A stretch of 64,000 nucleotides of DNA. It comes from Oculina patagonica. Its lineage: Eukaryota. The notes below the pieces were generated by a model. It did not search any database. It had not been told where the DNA came from and worked only from the letters and a program-made list of their open reading frames with translations. This document shows positions 13,811-25,312 of the stretch, piece by piece (positions within the stretch are counted from its first letter, which is position 1; the number at the start of each line of letters is the position of its first letter). The translations under genes were made by a program, and so were the position numbers. The DNA is taken from NCBI RefSeq assembly GCF_052425735.1, contig NC_135762.1, positions 23,374,001-23,438,000 of the forward strand, read 5' to 3'.

Positions 13811-14912
13811 CTCTCACCTCCCCTTTCGATTTAGCGCCTCTTAGAATCATAACATGCATTTAAAGTAGTAAGAATTTATTGAGTCTGCCACAAGAATGTA
13901 GGCTTCAAGAAGAACGTGACTCATTACTCCAAATAGATTTATTGCCAAGGACAACAGTCAGTTGAAAATGAAAGCTGCCTTATCACTCGATAATCTTCTA
14001 ATTCTCAATTATGATCAATATCAAACTTTCCAATACATTTATGGAGAGGAAAAACAAAATCAACCACAGGCAATATGGCTTCTTGATGCCCCTCATTTTA
14101 CAGTCATGTACCTTACTGAAAATTGAACGCGTTGATTAGAGGCAGCAACGTCTTAGAATTGACACTTATGAAATGGTTGTACAGCCAATCGATAAAGAGA
14201 ATTAGGAAAGGGTTTAATCTCAGCACTAAAGGGCAGAAATGATTGTCACATTTTCCGACCTTAAATTACTTTCTCCAAAATCCCACTTTGGCACGGATTC
14301 TAGAGATTATGCTGAACAAGGAAACTAAGTAAATTAAAATGATTTGGCAAACAGCTCGCTCTCTTTCAGGTACTGGCTGTGTAAGGCCTTTCTTCCTCAA
14401 GCTTGCTGGCTTCATGTAAGGCAACTGGCAAAGTTGTTTCTTTTTGTTTTTAGGAGTTAACAGTAACAACCTCTGAAGTCATTAAAAAGGGATTAGAGGC
14501 TTTGAAGAGCCCACGTCACGCCACAGATTAAACCACTAATCCCATTTGCAAACAAACTATTGATTCATACAAGAGACAAAAGAAAGGAAACAGACGGACG
14601 TCTAACGGGAACAATAGTTTTCCTTCTTGATTACGGTAACAAACTGTCGCAAATACGGAACATCGCGGGCCAAGGTAACACTCGAGCCAAAGAAAGCTAA
14701 ATTAAAATGGCTACGTCCTACGACAAGCTTTTTAGAAGCCATTGCCTCACTAGCAGTAGTTGTTGGGTCATTTTGTACGGTTGAGCTACCAACTTTCAAA
14801 AAAGATGCAGTTTCAGGAAATGAGCCTCCACTGATGAAATTAATCACTGTTAACAGTTTCACTTCCAGCCGCGCTATGTGGAGGAAATCCTGCAGAGGGT
14901 GGGAACCATCCC

Positions 14913-15050
14913 AGTGAAAGCTATTGAACAGCACTTCATGTATTTTGTTGTACAAGGTCATGGTGGTTCTAACTTTTTTTGGTTGGGGTGAAACCCTAGT
15001 GTGTGACTAATCAAATGAAAGCTATTGAGCAGCACTTTCATGTGGTGCAG
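14913..15050 (+). repeat. Two degenerate units of a gaaagctattgagcagcactttcatgtgg satellite-like repeat
   Basis: tgaaagctattgaacagcacttcatg and tgaaagctattgagcagcactttcatg about 100 bp apart; resembles an abundant coral repeat. Confidence 0.6.
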
Positions 15051-16661
15051 TTATGTCCATTTAAGCCTATAGAGTGAACCCTTATAAATGTATATGTCCC
15101 ATATTTAGAACGCAAGACAATTTGCTAAATGTAGAGAACCGGAGACCTCAAGGAAGCACTCCATTCTTTGCTGACTCTCCTACCAGTGTTTCGAAGGAGC
15201 CGGAAGATTGTAAGATCACTTCGCGTAAAGAAGAACTGATCTGTGTATTTTACTTCTCTATTACTGAACATATCAAACTTTTACTGGGATAAAAGGAAAT
15301 GTTGTCTCGACCTTTGAAACTGATGCAACTAGTCTACGCTAGTAAATACATGCAGCAGCATACGTCGTAATTGACTAACATAGCACAAGACCAGCCCAAC
15401 AAATTACTCAAATAACTCTCCATGATTTGTCTTACTCAGTCTACCTGTATCTCTCTCACTTACCTAGTGTGTTCATCCGTTGGTTGAAATCTTGAATGTG
15501 GCTAAAACTTGAGAGAACATAGAAATATGTGCTTCAAAGATGTAGCGTAACTATACAGGTCAAAATGAAACTGCTGAGAGGTCTCTTGTTTTGATTATGA
15601 TAAATCACAGGGTATTTAGGGAAATAGACTGGGCAGACATGACGTCATTATGACGCTAGTTGAAATAAATGCCAGACATGATTAGCTCGGACACGAGGAC
15701 ACTTCTGCCTCGTCCCTAATCTCCCGCGTGGTAGAAAAAATAGGTCTGCAGTGCGTACATGTGTGAACTTGATCATAAATGACTGACCCAAACTTCTGTT
15801 TTCCAGTGATTTTACTTTTTCTTTGGTTAAAATAAGAGTAAGTTAGAATAATCAAAGTCTATGACTAATGCAAATGGTTGAATTAGTGACAATAGCATAC
15901 AGTACATGGCAGGCAATATACTGTTGAGAACGTTTTGCCATTAACTTGGTATGTTAAGTTGGTCTGCTGCAACTCCATCAGCCTTTTGCACAGATTGTCA
16001 ATACAGTCACAAGCTTGGACTTCTGGTTTTCTGACCAGTTCTGAATTGATGCCTGGTCGGTGACATTAAAAATGTACTTTAAAATCATTATAACTTGCAG
16101 CCATAAAGACAAACAGTTTCTTGATATTTTCTGATCTTCGATTGTTTAGTCCATAAAATGATAGCAGCTATTGATGTGTTTTGCTCGTAATAAAGTCTTA
16201 TTTTCACAAACACATTTTGCTGATATGTCTATGTATTCTGCCAATGTTTTTTACAAGAAGATGCAATACAATAAATGAACTGTTGACACCTTGAACAACA
16301 GTTTTTATTACTTGTACATAAAATTAAAGTAAATCATTTGTTGCCTGTTTGTTGTCAATTGCACTGAACAACGACTACACACGTCTATAGCTGATAATGT
16401 GTTAGCCAAAGGATTTTATAAGCATTGCACGGTAGATGTTAAATGTAGAAATCATTCTTTATCAGTAATACTTCTTTAAAATACTAAACTATACTTACTT
16501 TATAACACTTCCACTAGTTCTCATTGTTTTCATCTGTTATTTCTGGATGTAACATGCCCAATTATACATGGTCTGTCTGTATTTGAAACAAGACATGATT
16601 TGACAGTATAATTTCTCACACCGATTGCAACAGAATTGTACATTGTATACAGTCTAATTGT

Positions 16662-18200
16662 TTATAATATTTGTCCATCAATTGATAAATGCTTTTGATT
16701 TAGCTTGCATGAGCAAAAGACATATCGATACTGGCCTTCTGTGAAGGCACTACACCCAGGCGCACCTGAACAGAATACAATATAAATGAAATCTAAACGA
16801 CAACAACATCCCGATCTGAAGGTTATTTCTTTGTTATTGCTTTTTTATGTATGTCAACTAAAACAACGATAAATAATTTTAGAACTGATTCATTGCCAGG
16901 CCTATGTCTATAGATATCGGAATGCGAAGCCTAATGGGGGTGTCTGATGAGGGCAGCTGTGTAAAACTACTTAGTTCCAATGTCTCGCCTTGTCGCTCGT
17001 AAATATGTACTCAAATAAAGGACTGAGTACATGACAAAAATTCTGTCGGGTTCGACTGTTCTGCTTAACAAAATATCATGAAGGAGCCAGCATTGTTTAA
17101 TAGCTGTATCGACTCAATATTAATCGTGTCTAAACAGCTTGCAAAATAGGCACATACCTGGAGAAAAAACTGCAAACAACTGGAAGCAGTCACCATTCAG
17201 TTTCTCATTAGAGATAGCTACCGATGGGTCGTTAAAGACTATTCAAGTCCATCAACTCCATTTTGAATTCGCCGCTAAGAAGAACACTGTTCAGTTTTGC
17301 ACTAAAGGCGACCTACTTCGCCGCACAAGTCGGTTCATGGCGTGGACTGAAGTGCACGCTGCACGCTCGCGAATTGATTTTATAGCTTCACTAACTACAT
17401 TGACACTTTAGTTAATGAATGGACACATCCTGCTGGAAAACTAATCGCGCCATTTGAACGGGATCGATATGGCTAACCAGCCTATGAGTTTGTTAATCAT
17501 AACGTGCGGTATTTTGCGGGCGACATCAATACTCTTCCATAATTAGTCTGGCCCAATCATATTCACATGCACTTCTCACAAATGCCAGTCCCACGGTGAT
17601 CAGTCTTTAGCGTAACAAGCCCGTGCTATGTTGCACTTCGCGTCTTTCCTTCTAATCTCATAACAACGAGAGAAGATCGTCTTTCCATACAAGAAGATTA
17701 CCGATTTATCCGGCTTTGGGTGCGGTACCTCAGTCTGAGATGGCAATAATGGTTGACTCTTTTCTTTCCAAGAGTGATCTACAATTCATTTCTCTCTACA
17801 ATGCCAATACATTATGATGTGGAACAGTAACGAGAATAAAAAAATTAATCAGTTATAGGGCTTTACCATGATGAACCGTCGATTTCCTTAAACTAACATT
17901 TTAGTTGAAACTGAAAGGGTTTTCCAGAGGCCCTCTTTGCAGTTTTGCCACGAAGAGGCTGAGAGGCTAGATGATATTGAATGTAAATTGGCCTCCATGC
18001 ACTGCTACAACTGGTACATTGCAACTAAGTAAAGCAATTTGTTGGGAGAATTCATCCTTTGAACATGAACCTTTGAACCACGACATCCTTTCATCCTTCG
18101 AACCTTACTCTGTAATCTAAATGGTGCACGAATACAGGTAGAACTCTGTGTGTGTCTGAATGGGACCTTTGATAAGAAAGTGTTAAACCGGAAACTATGA
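16662..18200 (-). pseudogene. Possible multi-exon pseudogene, product unidentified (CxxC motifs)
   Basis: Donors at 17865-66 (ATG|GTAAAG) and 17156-57 (CCAG|GTATGT); acceptors at 17796-97 or 17779-80, and 16766-67. The last junction joins as ...AVFSP-G-APGCSAFTEGQYRYVFCSCKLNQKHLSIDGQIL*. Upstream exons have stops and frameshifts (LQCTSCSSAW, IARACYAK, HRGTGICEKC). Confidence 0.4.
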
Positions 18201-20445
18201 AAGAAACATGTAGCACAATCTTAAGTACTTTGTTGTTCAACAAGTGATATCTTGTATGGGCGATCTTTTTATGGAGAAATGATGGGCATAAGACGCTCAT
18301 TGGGAAATGATATCGTGATCTTTATCGATGCTCCAATCAAGACCTTAGGCGCTGGACGCGTGATTCGGTTAACAAGATCTCACTGCCATTAATACCGTTA
18401 TGTGCTGTTTATCTTAGACGTCCTAATGTCCCTTAATAGACTCAACTACTAAAATAGCCTTGTTGGCTTGAATAGAATCATTCAACAAACAAATGTGTAA
18501 TGTTTTGATAGCTGCTTGTGTGCGCAAAGGTCGCACTAAATGCGATGTTACGAGGATTTATTAAAATTCTTATCTGCCTTTGGCAATCACCGATAAACAG
18601 ACCAAGGGTGGGGCACACAATTCTTCGATCAGACACGGGCTAAAAAAATTACTTTGAAACAGTTAACAATAATAAAAAAGTATAATAAAGGGAGTATAAA
18701 AAATTACTAAAACACAACTTGTTTTCAAAAACTTTTAACTACCAAATAAATAAATATACACAAATTGATATCAAGAATATCTTGTAGCTATTAATAGACG
18801 GGCGTAAACGAGTCTAAAAAGTATTGCATAGAGAAGAAATAGTTTCGCGTGGTATACTGATTTCTGGCCGAGAGAGAACAACATAAATGCTACTTCTTTA
18901 ATATTTTCAAAGCTCTTTCATCAAGAAACACTGAGGGAAAGAAAATTCACATCTCCTTTTTTCCCAGATTAATTTGAACCATGTAACAAATACATTAAAC
19001 CAAACATTTAACATCACGACTGAACTGTTTTGTGAAAAATCTAAGAGGAAGCTTAAACTTTGCCTAAAAGATGCCTATCTCTAACCGTGTTTATACAAAA
19101 CAAACTAAACCACATGACATGTGAGAAAACACGGACATGACGGATGATTTCACTAATCCCTTCCACCCCATAAAGTCAGCCATTTTGATTCTTCTGTGGA
19201 AATGCTTCTTACTTTTTCGGCTAAAACAGATTCGTGGAAGAACTGTTCTCGTTCAGTGTACTGGTAAGGCAAGGAGTAATTCGTAATTAAATAGCTTTTG
19301 AAGCTACACAGAACAAACTAAAACATGCTGCAAGGAAAACATCATTTTACGAATCCTTCCCGGTGACGTTGCGCGTCGGAAATTTTACTCCTTCGCTGTG
19401 GAATTGCATCTCCGTTTTTGACTAAACTAAATAAAACTCTTGGTCAAAACAGTCTATTTCTACTGCTAAGACGACGAGAAGGTCGAAATAGTTATATTCG
19501 TTTCATATAACAAAAAATCAAACCAAAAAAGTCGCGATTGTTGACAACACGAATCCCACCCTAGGCACACGGTCAGCCATTTTGTTTACTTCGTGTCGAA
19601 ATGCTGGACATGAATGAATGCTCGAATCTCTTGACTGCAATATATTTTACACCTAAAGAACTTTGCAAATACTTATATAGTTATGTTAGTTACAGAGAAT
19701 GGACTGAAATATCTTTCATAAGGAAAAATTTGTTATGTTTTACGAATATAACCTAGATCTGTTATTTTGCTCGTAGTAAAGTGCAAATTTTATCAACACA
19801 TTTTGCTGATATTCCTATGCATTCATCAGTTTTCATTTTAACAATTAGATGCAATACAATAATAAATGAACTGTTGACATGTTGATGACAATTTTCATTA
19901 CTTGTACACAAAAGTAAATCAGTTAATGAATGTTTGTGGTGAATTGTACTCGTTATGTGTTAATAATCGAAGGATTTGTAAGCATTCCATGTAAATGTGG
20001 ATTGGTAGAAATCATTCTTAAAAATACTTCCACTGGTTCCCAGTGTTTCCATGTAATTATACATAGTTTGTCTTTTGACATTATAAACTCTCAAGCTAGA
20101 GTAAATGCACACAATCTGAGTTCTTCATAATATTTTTTTTCCATCACTCGAAAAATGCCTTTGATTTAGCTTTTATAAGCAAAATGCGCAACTAAAATAT
20201 CCGTCTTTCATAATGAAACATTTGTTATGATTTTACGAATATAATATAACTCTGACATTTTCCATGTCTCTTCCCTCGTTGTGGGAATGTCCCACTCGCT
20301 TTTGAACAGCACTCATATGGTAGCTTCTGGTCTAAAACCCAAGTTAGTTATAACAATTATTACATCTAGGCTCCATACAGGTTTTTGTGTTTGTTCTTCT
20401 GGTTTTGTCTCATACCGTAATATTATTTTGTTGAACTTAATGCAA

Positions 20446-21031
20446 ACATAGTTGATAGAAGTTAATGTTTGTTACTGACTTTTACATTGTTGATAGCAAG
20501 AAGTTTCGACAAACTCTTAAATGGGGCGGTATCATGAGCATCACTTCGAAAAGTCAAAAGAAATATTTATATTAATGGAAACCTAAAGATAATGGACTAG
20601 CTTTGTTTAAAATGACTATACCAGTCCACTAAAGTAACAAAAGAGGTACTATCATGAGTTATACAGGTATGAGATTTCAATCAAAAATTAAAAACGCCTG
20701 GCAGACGTTTTCAAACTCTGCCCATGCGTCTTGGATAAATCATTTAAAACTTATTACACTTTGCTCTTCTTTGAATGATTCACTAAATATCTTCACCTTG
20801 GTGTTCTAGGCGCATCTTGTGAATGAGCGAAGCTATTAAGTCATTATTTTAGCTCTGTTATGGCTACAAATGCATCAAAATCCCCATGATACTGCTTCTT
20901 TCAGCCTTCATCAGTCGGATCAGTTTTAAGATCTCGATCTTTAAACTGATGAAGGCTTAAGAGTTAGTCGAAAGGTCTTGCTATCAATAATGTAAAAGTC
21001 AGTGACAAACATTAACTTCTATCAACTATGT
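20446..21031. mobile_element. Penelope-like element remnant with ~75-bp inverted termini and a decayed hammerhead core
   Basis: acatagttgatagaagttaatgtttg...cgacaaactcttaa (20446-20520) is inverted at 20957-21031; ctgatga-a-ggct...agtc-gaaa-ggtc at 20946-20977; absent from the paralogous block near 23430. Confidence 0.6.
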
Positions 21032-21054
21032 CATCTCCTGACGACAACTACTCA

Positions 21055-21240
21055 ATTTTGAAATGCAAACATACTTAAGCCTGCGTCGCAGGCTAACATA
21101 CTTTTTTCTTTTAAAAAAGGATGGAAGATCCTTTCAACTATCGATTGCCCGTGTGAAAGAAATACAATTGATTGCTTTCCAATATTAGTTTGTACTCTAG
21201 CCTTATAGAGGATCTGTTTGGCTGTATATCTTGACAGTAC
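21055..21240 (-). mobile_element. LINE ORF2 C-terminal fragment, same family as 34597-35073
   Basis: RYTAKQILYKARVQTNIGKQSIVF versus RYTAKQNFYKYRVNTNVGKQSVTF. Confidence 0.7.
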
Positions 21241-21659
21241 TAGCATGTTGTATTGGGACAAGAGAATGCAAACTAATACATGATTTCCAACTGGTCGAGC
21301 CATGCACGAGTAAGAAACCTAAAGTACATATCAAGGAGTTAAACGTTTTATTTTTTCTTAATAAACAATTGCAAGTAAGCATATAAGCACATTACGTTTT
21401 TATTCAGTCAGTTAATAAACGTCCGCTTGCTGTTTTTCGAATCATTTCTCTTAAGTTCCTTTGTCACTCAACTAACACAAGTCAACTCTGCGCCACGTAA
21501 ATTTCAACACATATGTTGGAAGTTTATCAGTTCAAAGTGAGCTAGTGGAATATATAAACTACGTCGTATAATAGTCATCGTCGCCAGGCTTCGGTCAAAT
21601 GTCTTCAGTATCGATCACTTCTGTAAATTTAACTACTACCTTTAGTTCTAGTTCTGTGT

Positions 21660-22005
21660 AATCTGCAAAAGGCATAGCCCATCACTGCAAATACCAACAT
21701 AGTTTTATTGCACGTACAATCAGAGAGTGGAACTCTAGATCTTTACCAAAAGGAATAGCTCATTTTCGTGGCAGTTCCAGGACTGGTGCTATATTCATTT
21801 TAACGAAAGTCGTCGCTCGTCTCTGTATACTTTCAATGTCCTTTATCTGTTTTTGAATGTGCGGGTCCCATGCGCAACATCCATATTCGAGTTGTGGTCT
21901 AACTAGAGCAAGATAGAGCAAGATAAGCTTGCACTTTTTTAGTTTTCTTGTTATGAAGCCAAGGGATCTGTTGGTTTTGCCTATAATACCAGCAAAATGG
22001 ACATA
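21660..22005 (-). mobile_element. CR1/L2-type LINE reverse transcriptase C-terminal fragment, internally inverted
   Basis: Minus: KTNRSLGFITRKL...LYLALVRPQLEYGCCAWDPHIQKQIKDIESIQRRAT. Plus 21692-21758: YQHSFIARTIREWNS. Confidence 0.85.
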
Positions 22006-24125
22006 GTTTCTAGTTTTGTTAGTTAGTGGTGTAAATAAACTGTTGTCGTAGTTTTGTGCTCCTAGGGTGGGGCACACAGTTAATTCATCGATACAGAGAC
22101 TGAGAGATAACTTGGAAACAGTAAAAAAATGTTTAGAAACACTGTAAAGATTGGAACAAAAATTTGTAAAACTTAGCTTGTTTTCAAATTTCATTAACTA
22201 CCAAATGGATAACATACAAAAATTAAATTAAATTGATGAAGCAAACCAGTTTAAAAAGAATTGCGTAGAGAAAAACTGGTACCGCGTCAGTGTTATATGA
22301 ATTTCTGGTCCAAGAGAGAAAACATTAATGCAACTTCTTTAGTTTTCAAAGCTCTTTCGTGGGGAAATACTAAGAGAAAGAAAGTGGCATCTCCTTTTTC
22401 CTAGATTAATTTAAAACATGCATGTAACAAATACATAAATCCAAACATTTAACATCACGACTTAACTGTTCTGTTTAAAATCTAAGAGGAAGCTAAAGCT
22501 TTGCCCAAAAGATACCTGTATTCAGGTTACTGCGGTTATACAAAACAAACTAAAGCACATGACGTGAGGAAATACGGATGATTTTACTAATCCCTTCCAA
22601 CCCAGATACAAGTCGGCCATTTTGTTTCTTCTCTGGATATGCTTCTTGCGCCTTCGGCTAAAGCAGGCACATGGAAGAACTGGTCTCGCTGGAAACAGTG
22701 CACTGGTAAGGCAGGGAATAAATCTTGATTAAATAGTTATCTAAGCTGCACAGAAAAAAAACTAAAACAGGCTACAAGAAAATGAAATGATTTTACGAAT
22801 CGTTCGTTGGGATGTTGCGTGTTAGCCATTTCATCTTCGCTATATTGGAATTTGTCTCTCCGTTTTTACTAAAATGAATAAAACTCTAGGTCAAATTAAG
22901 CAGTTTGTTTCTGCTGCTTATTCGATGAGAAGGTCTAAATAGTTATCCTCGTTTCACAAAAGAAACAAAACCAAAAAATGCTCGAGATTGTTGACATCGT
23001 GAATCCCGCCCTTGGCACAGCTCAGGTCGGCCATTTTGTTTACTTCGTGTCGAAATGCGTGGTAGAGATGGAAGCTCGAATCTTTCGACTGCGATATATC
23101 TTACGCCTAAAAAGCTTAATAAATGCGAATTTAGGTATGTAAGTTTCAGAGAGTGGAGGAAAATGTCTTTCATGAGGAAACGCTTGTTATTATTTTACAA
23201 ATATGAATGAACTCTGTCATTCTTCTCTGGCTCTTCTTTCGTTGTGGAAATTTCTCACTCGCTTTTGAATGGTGACACATATGATCAAAAAGCAAGTTAG
23301 TTATAATGATTATTACATCAAGAGGCTACAAGAAAATGAAATGATTTTACGATTGTGATTGTGAAGACTTCATACAGGTTTTAGCATTTGTTCTTCTGGT
23401 GTTATATCATACTTTATATTATTTTAATTGTATTTGACGCAGGACGAGAGAGCGCAGGGAACATGATGTCGATCGGGCCATGCACGAGCACTGAAGAAAC
23501 TTTCAATATATTTCAACAAGAACTTTTCGTTTATTCTGGATAAACAAGTAAGCATTTTCGCACATTGTGCAGTGTTGTTTTTAGTCAACTAATAGAAGTC
23601 TGCTTGCAGGTTTTCGATCCATTTCTCACGAGTTCCCTTCTCAACTAACACAAGTCAACTCTACTCCAAGGAAATTTATCTGAACAAAGTATTGGTTGTA
23701 TAAATAAAGTACTTTATTCGACTGACAATGTTTATTTTTTAAACCGTGATTCTATTACATATTCACACTACGGTGCCGTGTTTATTCTCTAAAGTTTTGT
23801 GTTAGGAATGATATGTCGTCAGTCAGACGTGAGTGAAGAAGATTTGGCGGATAATGAATTTATCGAAGTTGTTCAATCTAAATATTTGCATCTGCGAGCG
23901 CAGTTTAAAGAAACCCATCGAAATCTTGATTTTTATATTAGCAAACACGATAGAGTGACATTCAAGTTTTTATGGCTAGCCTGAACTTTCGACATTATAT
24001 AGCGAACCTACGACTAAAGGAGTAAACGGACACCCAAAGGCAACTCAAGGGTCCGCTAAATACAAGGTGTCCGCCTAGAAGCGTTCTTCCGAAACAGCTT
24101 GTTTCCTAGCTAACTACCACTCATC

Positions 24126-25312
24126 AATTATCACACAATGACTTCTTTAGTATCAAAAGGGTCTATTCCTTCCAAATGTCCGCGCCTCATTTGTTAATTA
24201 AGGCACTTGCAGAAAAATGTTTGGACCATCAAGTGTTTATTTTGGCCTTTCTATCACCGAGTTCAAAATGCATTGAAAAAAATTGACCTGTCTCAAAGTT
24301 GTATAATTGATTCTACACGTTTTTAGGTGCCAATGCCGTCCAAGATCCTACAAGGTATATGTTTTCACCATTTTAGCTTAAAGAATATTAAACAGGAAAG
24401 TGCGTCGCATTTTAACTCAACATTGTTAGTGTACTGTCCTCTGAATAGACTGAATACACGATTCGGAACTTGTACCTTTTTGACCCCATTTCGAGCGTCC
24501 GCTTTGCAAAAGCGACCATATATACACTTCTATTAAAGTTTTTCTCTTTTCTTTAAGTTCTTTTTACAGTAACCTATTTAATTTTGGAATCTGCTAAAGA
24601 AAGTGTGTTTGTTAGATCAGGCAAAGCCGCTTGCTGCTGGAGACAAAATATATCTAATAGTATCTATTTCGTTGTAATTAAACCGAACATTAATCAATAA
24701 ATACTGTTCGCATGACTTGCTGTCTGAGTTCAGACATAATGACACTACTAAAAGAACTCTTTAATAAAAATATTCAACGTGTCTTAAATGGGTATTTTTT
24801 CGTTTAGAACTGTAAAAACAATAAAAAGAGCCTGATGCATGAATTCTGAGGAACTGGTATGCATTACACCAGCTAGGCAGTTTTCGATTGACGCGCATGC
24901 AAGAGTCAGGTTTAAATATAAGGTGTTACACTCCACACAACGCTTAAAAACTTGTTTCAGCATTACAGCAGTCTCGTTGTCCTATTTTCTCACACCCTGG
25001 TGGTCCTTAGAATAATGAGATTTCGACTGCATCGAACTAAGAAGTTTGCTTTTACTGAGCCGGTACAGATTTTCGGTTAACCATATCTCCCCAGGCGGGT
25101 GTCATGTGTCAGTTTGATTAAGTCGAATCTTTTGGACAGGTCATGACGTCAGCTTTCAATCAATAGGTTGCACTCGTTAGAGAAGGCCAAGCTAGGTGTT
25201 TATTTAATGGTCCAAACATTTTTCTACAAGTGTCTTAATTAAAAAACTAGACAAAAACATTTAGGAAAGGAACGACCCTTTTGATATTAATAGGAGTCAA
25301 ACTGCGATAATT
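24126..25312. mobile_element. Decayed foldback DNA element with ~115-bp inverted arms; may extend to ~23997-25400
   Basis: ttaattaaggcacttgcagaaaaatgtttggaccat (~24193-24228) versus atggtccaaacatttttctacaagtgtcttaattaa (~25207-25242); tatcaaaagggtc versus gacccttttgata. Confidence 0.6.

Larger units (their letters stand above)
16205..23680. repeat. Mosaic of diverged local direct duplications
   Basis: 16205-16718 ~ 19794-20185; 18606-19760 ~ 22065-23210; 20190-20430 ~ 23155-23430; 21290-21500 ~ 23475-23680. Shared anchors include agggtggggcacaca, gatgcaatacaata and gccatgcacgag. Confidence 0.85.
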
